A stretch of DNA of 64,000 bases, from the NCBI GenBank assembly GCA_973895155.1, contig OZ316896.1, positions 8,825,539 through 8,889,538 of the forward strand. The letters run 5' to 3'. The stretch comes from Marsupella aquatica. Taxonomy: Eukaryota > Plantae > Marchantiophyta. Numbering within the stretch: position 1 is the stretch's first letter; each line of letters starts with the position of its first letter. The notes below the pieces were generated by a model. That model saw only the letters and a program-made list of their open reading frames with translations. It was not told the DNA's origin and did no database searches. Positions 52,919-64,000 of this stretch are shown piece after piece. The position numbers and the translations under genes were made by a program.

Positions 52919-52979
52919 TGTCGTCTTGACTTTCCTCAAAGATCTTGTCGTCTTGATTTTCCTCAAAGATCTTGTCGTC
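52919..52979. repeat. 27-bp tandem repeat, ~2.3 copies
   Basis: tgtcgtcttga(c/t)tttcctcaaagatct repeated. Confidence 0.85.
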
Positions 52980-55157
52980 CTTTTTAAAGCACTATGTAAG
53001 GTTTTAAAAGTTTCAAAAATTCTCAATTATATATGTCATATCCTTTTTAGAAGTAACCACTACATATCACAATATTAAGTACAAACAGTTCACTATAATT
53101 AGAATATAATCTAATTGACTTTACTTCTTTTTCATTGAGTCTTATATATTATAACTCATGAGCTTGTGCTGATGATCTTTGAATTGTAGCATGCTTTCAA
53201 ATTGAAGCTAAGCCATTGTTGTAATAAAAAATAAGCACTTTACTTATTTATCACTTTGGAATCAAATTAAAGAAAAATAAATTTTTTGGGGTTTCTCTTA
53301 CACTTGCTTCTATTCATCACTTCTTTCATATTTAAGTGCTAAATAATTGTGCAAACTCCAAATGATACGATATATCTCTTCCAAACATGTCATCCCTAAA
53401 CCCTAAATTTCTTCCATTGTTGCCTTGTTGTCGGGCAAGTCGCTTTTTTTTACTCAAGTTACCCTAAACCCTAAACTTTGTTTCTTCGTTATAAAAGTTG
53501 ATATAGAGGTAGATTGACTACAACAACTCCAACATAAGCTCCATTTGAAGTTGGAATTCTATATCCTGTACCATGAAGAACACTACTTTTGAATCCATCC
53601 CCAATTGGTAGTGTACGTTCATATTCAAGAATTAGAAAATCAATCAATTTGTGACATCTTAACATCAGGATGGCTTGCGTAAGTCAAACTAAAATTTGCG
53701 ATATCCTTATCCTTGTGCACTTGACTACAATAATCTTTTAAAATATACAATTGATAAGTCCACAGACCAGAACACTCCAACAATCTTTTTCATTATGTCC
53801 TTTCATATATGCTATCAGTTAGGTATGGATTTGAAAACTTGAAAAAACTATCTAACACGTCCGACCACCACCAAAGATACAAGGTCAAAATTATATCCTT
53901 CAATTTGGTATGTGCATACTTGTCAATCAGCTCCTCAAATTGTCCAGCCAAATGACATTTTTGTAAAAGTTTACTCATTTCACCACATGGGTAAAAACTT
54001 AAATTTTGTTTGGTGCATTCTTCTGAAATTTCAAATAAAAAGGCCCAAATCATGAGATGTGACTATCCAAAGAGTATTTTCCTTTTGCACGACTCAAGGC
54101 AAACTGGACATTGAACAAATTAACAAGTATTATCAAATTTTCTTCAAACCCTCTCATTTTAAAATATTTTGTGTGATCATAATTGCTATGAGAATGGGCC
54201 TTGAACCAGAATAATCATAAAATAAGTACATTGTTTTTACTTCACTTGAATGATAAATTTAGTTGATATTAACTTATAAAATATCATATCTTTCAATTTT
54301 AATGATTCCAATAAATCAATGTTAAAGTAGTCAACCGTAAACCCTAGAAAATATCCATTCTAATATTGAATAAATTAATCATTGAGTTTTGAGACATCAA
54401 TATCAATCTTAGAAAATATTGTACAAGATTGTGAAGCCTCAATTTTTTGTGGATACATTACATCAAGGTCAGCATTTCTCAATATCGCACGATCAATTCA
54501 AATTGGCTTGGGAAAATTCATCCAACTTTGAGGATTATTGAAAAAAAATTAATCTTGATTGACTTTTCAAAAGAAAAAGTCTCATAGCGAAAGCTCTTAC
54601 AGTTGTGATATCCATTGAAAAACAATTCTTTTTGAACTTCCGCAACCTCTAAATTCAAAACACTTTCAACAAGAAGTTTGAAAAAACCTTGTGTTTTCAG
54701 TATTCAATTCAAAGCAAATATTTTCTTGTCCTTCAATAGTCGAGATAAGTATTTTCACAACATCACAAATATATGGATTGATCGATCTTCTCTTTGAGTC
54801 AACTTCTATACATAAGCAACAAAATATTATAAAGATAATAGAGACAGTATTTAATTTGTAAAAATGACATATGCAAAAATCCAAATAAATCTATGTGACC
54901 AAAGTGAATATCAAAGTCAAAGTTTGAGCCTTTCAAACTCAGCCTAAAAAAGTATACAATTTAAGACTCCACCAAACATCTTAGGACCCTAAATTACCAA
55001 CCAAAATGAGTTAAGAAAAGTTTGTCCCACTTACAATAAAATTAACATTCCAATCCAAGCAAGAATGCTTCAAACAATAAACAAACCATCCATGTTTATT
55101 GCATTGGAAAGACAACATTCCCAACATTTGAGTTAAGTTTACACAAATCATATTCAG

Positions 55158-55498
55158 AACATTGATGAAAATCTTGATAGGGAAATTTTGAAGCTATGGT
55201 CAAATTGTTGCTAACCACAAAGATTTGGAGATATCCAAGCCACCGTCAACAAATGATTACCATAACTATCATGCTTTTAGGGAACAACAAAAATTGAATG
55301 AACATCATAGCAAGGGTCATACAATCCACCCCCAAAACATTCATGGACAATCTTGATAGAAAAATTTCAAAATCATGATCAAATTGTTGTTGATCACAAA
55401 GATCTGTAGCCATCTAAGCCATAGTCAACCAATTCTTTACCATATTAACCATCGTGTTTTTGTAAGACAATGGACAAATTGATGAATATATCATAAGC
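55158..55498. repeat. Diverged tandem duplication, ~178 bp period
   Basis: aacatt.atg..aatcttgatag..aaattt...tcaaattgttg....cacaaagat.tg...aagcca..gtcaac at ~55158 and ~55336. Confidence 0.75.
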
Positions 55499-57989
55499 AT
55501 CATTCACTAATATCACATAACCTTTTGAACATCAAAGCTTTTATTTTAAGGCTGAAAAAACCTTTCACTATATCATTGGTTTTATGACAAATAACCTTGA
55601 ATATTTAATGTTATACATTCTCAACATAACTCTACTAAATTATCTACAAATAATGTGAAAGACTACCTTTGCACTAGAACCCAAAATCAAAATTCTATAA
55701 GAAAATAATTTATATTCAGTTGCCTCCTTGGTTTATAAGTTGATTAGCCATGAAAAAGTATGATAATGCAACTTGGATCAACATTTCAAAATGATCAGCA
55801 AAAATACATTAGAGATAGCTTCAATAAATGTCATGATAATATTTGAGTGTTGTGAAAGATTCAGATTTTCGTGATATCTAGTATACAATGTGAACTCTCT
55901 CTATATTGTGTCTAAGTTTTAATGGGATATTAATTATATGAATGGTGAACGGATCTTACTTGGCTTGTATAAAATATAAGATATAATGATGGTGGAAAAG
56001 TGCACTCAATAAGATTGATTAAAGTTGATTCATGGAATACAAATATTGATTAAAGTTGATTCATGGGATACAAATATTTTCCTTGACTGTTTCTTGATTT
56101 TCAGACGAGTTTCCCACGGAAATTTTGAATTGATGAAATACACACAAAACAAGATATTTGATAAAAAATTGATTCTTGGATTGTTAAAGGATCACCATAT
56201 TGAGGAGAAAATCTTAGTATTAGAGATTAAAGGGAGATTATTGTAGAGACACAAATTAAATAATGTGGTAAATGATTTTCTACGGAAACTCAAATACATT
56301 TTTACAAAAGAAAAAACCTATTATGACTTTGAGTAGAAAAGTGTTAATTATAACCTTGGACCACTATGTTAGAAATTAATGGATCTTGATTAAGTGGAAA
56401 GAATTGAGTACGATAAAAATATGTTTTAAATGGATTTTTGATTTGCCACAGATATGTGACAAGACAGACACATTAGTGTTGAAAAAATTATAGATTGACG
56501 ATAATGAATACAAGCTACTATCTAATGAGAAGAAAATTATTTAAAATTTATTCTAAAGAAGATATCATCATAGTTTTTGGGTGATTGATATAGAAAAGTT
56601 AAAAATTAAGGGAAGTTTGGTCATATTGCACAGACTTAAAAATTTGTGGGTATAGATACACTTGATATGCTAAATAATCTCTTGAATAGATATCAAGCTT
56701 CAACGGTTAACGATAAATTAAATAACAAATTCTTTCAAATAGAGTTCTAACTTGGTAGAAAAAAGATGTCAAGATCTCAACCAAGATCACTAGACACCTT
56801 CAGAATTCAGAATATGAGAAATGTCTATTTGAGGACTATGTTTAAAAAGAAGAAAATGAAGAAGTTGATGATAATTATCTTATAATTAACCATTGATTGG
56901 TTTGTCAAGAAAATTCTTTTCTCCAATTATTTATTTGAATTCTAAAGTCAAATTTGGATTCATTAGAGAGTGGCATGTTAAATTGATATAAATTTGAGCC
57001 TAAACATAATAGAAATTTGGAAGATATGATTAATTTAGTATCAAAAAATAATTATGGACGGCTTGACCGACCCAAAGTAAAAACGTCCAAGATGTCAATG
57101 AGTTTTGAAATTACACAAGACGACATCAAAAAGACGTTAGAACCGGCATGACGTCCCTGATGTCCTTTAAGTAAAGTTTGACATCCCATAATTTTGACAG
57201 CCCATAACTTTTGCATCCCTTGGCCAAAATTAAAACTTTTTAGTGTGTTAGAAAAGTATTGAAAAGAATTATCAGATTTTGTTGACTCAAATCAAATTTT
57301 AATAAACAAAACTCTTCACTTTTTATATCTTTCATAAGGTATCAATTTGGAAGTCAACAAACCACATTGTATAATTTCAAATTTATGAGATTTTAGCAAA
57401 ATTAGATCTTTTTGATTGATTTAAAATTAAGGTATGAATGAGCAAGGTAAAACCATCTTGATCTAGGAAGGTCACAAATCATTGATAATATTTGAGAAGC
57501 AAATCTTAGAACCAACTAAGTTGTAACCATATTTTGATCCAACGGATAGCACACCTTCAGAAATAGTAGTAAGGAGATTGAGCGCCCTAAGTGCAATTAG
57601 AAGTGGAACATTCAATAATCCGATAACGAGTAGACCTACTTATATCAATTTAAAATCAGGACCAAAATTGGTAGTATCACAATAAAGTAAGAGAAAATAT
57701 TGACCTAGTGTACCTCAATCAATTGCTATTTTGCAAGAAAAACAAATTGCCAAGGAACCAATCTTAAGAATTAAGGGAGTTGAATCAAAGGGAGTGAATT
57801 TGAGACCCTACACCAGAAATTTTAGATTCCACATCAGAATCTTCAAGTTCCAATTCTAGTGGAATTCAACATTGGCTTATCCTCAAGGACTTATAAATCC
57901 CTTTGCACCCATCTCACCCATTTCATCCCTCTATTTACCTCCATCTCAATTGTTAAATATACTTTCAATTCTTGTTTTACCTCTTAATT

Positions 57990-60300
57990 TATAAATGACT
58001 AAGAATATTGTGAAAGGAGAAAGAGTATGCTCAAATCTACCTTAAACAATTTGAAGCATCAGTAGCTACCAATAATCAAAATACAAATAATAAAAAGGCA
58101 TCCATTTTTAGAGGTTTATTAAAAGAAACAACTCATAAATGGTATGCTAGACTTAAGGACAAGAATGACTGGACCAAGATTAAGGTAGTATTCTTGAAGT
58201 ATTCTTGAATGGAGCATTAGTGAGGACATTTGCAAAGATATCACAACATCGAATGTAGAAGCATGATTCAGTGAAAAAATATTTTGCAAAATTATTGGAC
58301 TTAATTGATGCATATATTCCAAACACTTCCCCTATACTATTCAAGACTGGTTTATTAATGGTCTAGCAAGCCCGATTAATAAATTTGTTAGGAGAGAATG
58401 AGTGAAAACGCTTAAGGAAGCGCAAGAGGTCGCTCAAACTTATGTGGATTCCATGATTTCTCAACCAAGTAGGGTGAGGAAAGACTTGAGAAAAGAAAAG
58501 AGGAAAAAACAAAAAATCATCTTCATCTGATTCAGACAACAATGAGAGTAGTACAAGTAGTAGTGATATCACTTCTGAATCTACCTTAGAAAATAGTAGT
58601 TCAAACTTGGAGGAAGATACAAGAAAGTGCACAATTGTCAAAAAGGTAGTTGTACCTGCAAAAATTAAATAACTTGATAAGGTAATTGAGTCCTTAAATG
58701 ATCAATTGTCCAAACTTTCAAACAATATTGCTGGAATACGGCCACCAAGACGACCAATACCTGTTCAAAAATATAATATTTGGTGCACAAAATGTCATGG
58801 TCATTACCTGAACGAGTACCTAAATGGGAAATCTACAATAATTTATCTTAACTATAGAGAATGAGGAAAAAGTTAGGATATGTATGATTATAGTGATATA
58901 AATATCCTCCAAACCCAAAATGCTCAACCACAATATTTTTCTACAACAAAACTTGGACCTTCACAAATACCGATACCAAGATCGCCAAGGGGACCTCCGA
59001 GCGGGAGGGTATCCATCCAAAGGAGCTCCAAGATATTGAGGTACTTGCTGGAATTGCAAACATAAAGGTCACTATATCCCACAGTGTCCATATCCTAGAC
59101 AAGAACAGGGAGACACTCCAATTTGCGGTAACTATGGTAAGGAGGGACATTTACCAGTAGAATATCATAACCCTCCTAAACCACGGATGATGGGAAGATT
59201 TGCACAAGAACCCACAAACAAACCTCCTAGACAAGAGATAAACGTACAAATGGTATATAGTATAAAAACACATAATTGTAATATTATTTTTGAGAAAATG
59301 AAAGAAACAGTGAATCAGGTGACACTATCCCCAAAAACTTTTCAACAACCCCTTTCAATTTTATTTTTTGATATTGAAGTGACATAATTGGTTAAGGAGT
59401 AGTTGGACAACCAAACTCACGAGTTGAAAACCGAGATAGGGTACTTGATACTTTTGGTACGACTCAATCTAAAGGTCATAAAAAAGAAGAAAAAATCCTC
59501 ATAATAAGAAACCTAAAAAGAAGAAGTCCTCCAAAGCTACTCAAAAACCATTTGAGGAAGAGTTACCAAAAGGATTAGACCTTGATTATGACCAAAATGA
59601 TCCCAAATATATTCTACCTGATATCTCTAAGGAGATTAAAGATTACTTGGCTGCATGAATTTTGGATAAGATGAAGGATTTGAAAAATAATGAACAACTT
59701 CTATTAAATAATGAAACACCAATAGAGATTAATGCACCTAAAAAGATTGCTATGTGACAAAGAAATCATTTATGACATAATAAAAGATGTAAAGAACCAT
59801 CTAGCCAATATTACCATTGGAGATCTCCTACAAGACAATCTGACCTATCGCAAACAATTACAAATTTTATTAATGGAAAGACAAAGGAGAGTTAAGTTAC
59901 CTACTACTGAAGTAATGCGCATGGAGTTGGAGGATCAAGGACGGTCAAAAATTGATATTTAAGTAGAAGGATGTACAATCAAGAACGTACCTATAGATGG
60001 AGGGTCTAGCATGAACCTTATGACTAAAACAGTGGCTACAGACCTTGGTTTTACTAAATTTGAACACTCCAAAAATTTTGAGGATCACAAATCTATCTAG
60101 AGTTATACCAGCTGGAAAACTCAGTGAAGTTTAAACTAATATTGGAGGAATTAATTTTGATCTTGACTATGTGGTGATAGACCTTGAAGTTTCATCAAAC
60201 TTTCCCATATTGTTAGGACAACCATGACTTTATAAAGCCAGGGTTGAAGGTTATTTGGGAACAAATAGAACTCTCTTTTGGGGAACCATAGACAATGCAG
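57990..60300 (+). pseudogene. Ty3/gypsy gag-protease remnant, highly decayed
   Basis: Zinc-knuckle-like IWCTKCHGH and ICGNYGKEGH; YDIIKDVKNHLANITIGDLL; retropepsin-like VPIDGGSSMNLM (~59990) and FPILLGQP (~60200). Confidence 0.72.
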
Positions 60301-63300
60301 AATAAAAAGATATCACTTTTGAAGAACAGACCTATTTCAAAAGATTATGATATAGAAGAAACCAATAAGTTTATTTCTATGAAAGAAGTTTGTGTAAACA
60401 AGAAGCAAAAGCAAATGTTTAAGATAGATTTGTTGGAAAACTTGGTGACGTTGAGATGAAACATACTAAGTTGAATAGCCTAAAAAAGATCAAAAAGAAA
60501 GTTGAGGTTGATATCTTGTATAAGAGATATCATCTTAATAACGAGAAGCTGAACACAATCAGGGATTCATTAAAAGAGGAATAACTCAATAAGCCTCATC
60601 AATGTTGGAACAATAAAGAGTCTTATCCCAAATACTTTTAAGAGCTCAATTACCACAACAAATAACTCCATTGATGAGTTTGAAAACTTAAAACCTCCCC
60701 AAATCAAGAGTATCTTCAGTTGCACTCGCGAAAAGGTATGACAATAAAGATATTTTTGACAAAATCTTTGAGTCCTTGAGACAACGGGTAGACTTTATCT
60801 ACTTTCTCCACTATTCTATCTTGTAACGGTCCATTCATATCCAATTTTTATTCTATGCTCGTCATAGCAATTAAATAGATGGAAAAAGTAATTTTATTTT
60901 TTTATTTCTTTAAAATTTGCATTTATTCCACGTGAACCTCATGGCGAGTCACTAGGCCAAAAGAGCATAAAGACCTCAAGAGGCAAGAGAAACAATATCA
61001 GCAAGGAGGGAGCCAAAGGCCGTCACTTCATTGAAAGCACACTAGAAAGCTATCAAAAATGACAAAAGACTATATATTATTTACTTTGCATACTTGGAAC
61101 TATACTCCTCCAATAAATTGAAACTTCATGCTTGGAATATATGAGAGACAATCTTGGACTATTACTTTGAATGATATCTCAACTCTAGTTCATTTGGATT
61201 GGAGAGCCCTCCGTTAGCTTGATGGTTGAGAATAATATTTTAATTAACATGACCTAATGCTGCAATCATGCTTGAGCAAAGTTGAATGATGATATATATT
61301 CAACTATTGTAACCCTTGGGCTGTCAGATGACAACAAATGTGATCAGATGAAACCAAATTCTCTAAATGAAAGACAGAAAAACAAAATAGACAAAACATG
61401 CACCGATGTTTTGTTCAATATGCCACTACCTTTCCAAGGGCATAAGGTAAATTTTTTACTTATTCTAAGCAACCTTAATATCTAGTTTCATTTCATCCAT
61501 ATATTTTGTATGTTTGAGCTTATTCTAATACCAAATCACCTTGGGTATACTAATGATGCAAACAAATAGAAGATTTTTGCCTGATATCAAAAGAAATAAA
61601 TTATTTTGGGGGATTTATTTGTCATGCTAGCATAATTTTTTTTATCTTAATTGTCTTGCTAAGAATATATCAACATGCTTCATTTAACCCAAAAAATATT
61701 TTTTCCCAAAACTTGTGATAGAATTCTGCATGTTTTAAGGATAATATTATTGTTAGCTAATCTTGCTAATAATAATTTGACGAAATAGTGAGTTTATGAT
61801 CGTAAATGGATATTTTTTATTGTTTGACATTGGTAACGAGTTTCACCATCAATATTTTGAAGTATATTTTGATGAGTATTTTTTCCAACGATGAAAGTTG
61901 GTGTGAAAAACTTTAAACTTAAGTTTGCTAGCAATGTTTTTCCTCGCTAATAATAGTGTGTTTTCCTGTTTATTGTTTCCTGTTTACTCACATCCTTAAA
62001 ACCCCGGTGTCGGTTGAGAAATATCACTTATGTACATGTGTGTCGTTTGGTTACCATGTGTGATTGATGCAACTATGATATAGGCTAAGTTCACTAGGGT
62101 CATAACACTTCTGCTTGGCTATATAGTGGTAACTATGTAGGCAATATATATTGGACTTAGATCATGTTTATAAATAATTCATGATATAAGTACAAGTGAG
62201 AAGGATTGTCTCATTAAAACCTTTAGCAATATTTTGTGATGTAAAAACAACTCAATCAATATAAAAAAAAATTATGGTTCTAAAGGAAAAAAGAGTATAG
62301 TCCTAAAATCATACTTGTTGAAGTATCATTGGTGGTAACCATATCATTTGTAGTAGTGCGATCATTTCCAAAAAAACTGGTCAATATTAGAAGATGACAA
62401 TAGCATCAGTATCACATTGATATCATTCTCAAACATCAATCACCGTAAGCTTCAAAGTCCAATTGTGCTGAATAGGGTTACTCATGTCTGCATTAGTCTA
62501 CTGGTTTTGCTGCTTGTTACTGCTATTTAGGTTTATTGGGGGCTTAACCCTCACTCATGGATCTTGTTCTGCTCACTCTTAGTAAATACTAATACTGGCT
62601 TACTTGTTAGCTTTGTTTTTTGGTTACTTTACTTTTGTTATCCCACTCACTGGGTTTGGTGATTAGTAGACCATCTTTGTCTTGCTTAGTGTCAGGGCAC
62701 CTAGCCTGGCTTGACTTTGACCGGCTGTTGTCACTTTCCTTGAAAATGTTTTTACCTTTTGGCCTGCTGCTCCCCCCATCCGTGGGGTTCATGCGGAATA
62801 AATGTCAAATTTAATTTTTTTTTAAAAAACTTCAATGTCCTATTGCATGGCAATGTCGTTGATGAACAACAGGAGTCAATGACTTGGTGAAGAGATCAAC
62901 AACAATTGTTAACACTCGGTATTTGCATCACGTTGATCTCATTATTGTGCAGTTCATGGGTGTAAAAAAAATTTGGTGCCATATGCTTCATGTCAAACAC
63001 TTGTCAAGGAGCTTAAGTGAGTTTTATCCTAAAAAAACTACCTAATACTTGTTCCATGTCATACCAAGATCATAGAGGATTGAAAAAACTTTTGAAATAA
63101 ACTTGCAAGTTCTAATCCCACCATACATAAGTAGTTTCAACTCTTTATTTCTAGAGAGGTAGTCTATGTGACTACTTTTGCACTCACCCACTTTCTCTCT
63201 GCTCTACTCCAAGGAGTAGTAAGGAGGATATCCATTCCAAGCTGTCATCTTAGAGTAGATCCTCACAAAACACTCAAGATCCCAAAGTACTTTCCTCTTC

Positions 63301-64000
63301 AAGCTTCAGCTCCCCTTAAGGCCCTCAAAGTAATGTTATTCCTCAACCTTGTCTCCCAAACCTTGGTTTGGGTCCACACATCCCCTTTGAGCTCTAGATA
63401 AAACTCTTCTATCTAAGGACTCTTCCTCTTGTTCTTAGTTCTTCTAAACATCATACACCAGTAAGGTACTTTCCACCCTCAAGCTATAACCCTCTCTAAG
63501 TCCTAAAGTAGTGCTCTACCTTAACTTTGCCTCCCTGGCCTTGGTTATGTACCAGCACCTTCCCTTCAATCTCAATTTTACCCTAACATGAACTTTTCGC
63601 TTGCTCTCATACACTTCAAATTCACTCACACTTAACGGTCACAATGAAGATTGGAAAGACTCATTTTATTGCATACTCAGTCCCCAGACTCACTCTTTAC
63701 AACAAAAGATCTTTTACAAAATCCTCACATTAAATATGGACCTCACCTCCTTCTCCAGCTGAGCCCCAACTTAGGAAGCTAGGTAGAGTCTCTACTTTGA
63801 GAATTGAGAATTTTGGGCTCTTAACATAGGAAAACTTCTTTTTTATATACTATTCTCTTTTCACACCACACCAAGCTTGACTTGGGGTCCAATTACACCT
63901 CCCCCAAGTCCTCCTAACACACAAAGTCCAAATTTATAGTCCATAGTCCACTCTACAACTTGTTGTTTTGACTCGTTCCAAGCCCTAGAATATGTCACAC

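Noticed and set aside
61600-64000. CACTA right end (ttgcta repeats) and an LTR at the window end
   Set aside because: No intact terminal TAGTG TIR or LTR boundaries are visible.

Overview
Eukaryotic, intron-containing land-plant DNA; the gene and transposon content looks like a non-seed plant such as a bryophyte, but the species cannot be determined from sequence alone. The left ~22 kb is gene-rich: an intronless ureidoglycolate lyase/hydrolase-family gene (+), a PPR pseudogene fragment next to a frameshifted membrane-protein fragment with a fungal-type motif, a 6-exon secreted class-3 lipase (-) and a large multi-exon Mediator subunit MED13 (-). From ~22.6 kb onward the window is a stack of nested, decayed transposons. 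These are a Pong/Harbinger element split by an apparently full-length RTE-X-like LINE, a Ty1/copia element with an internal inversion, CACTA pieces, a spliced Sola2-like DDD transposase carrying a MITE, and MULE-like and Ty3/gypsy remnants. The most unusual signals are an array of eleven 20-bp palindromes with unique spacers plus a perfect 31-bp inverted repeat in the LINE leader, a Sola2-type transposase in a plant, and the fungal-like gene fragment. No prokaryotic system (CRISPR/cas, operon), rRNA or tRNA was seen. Family assignments come from motif recognition only; no database search was run.
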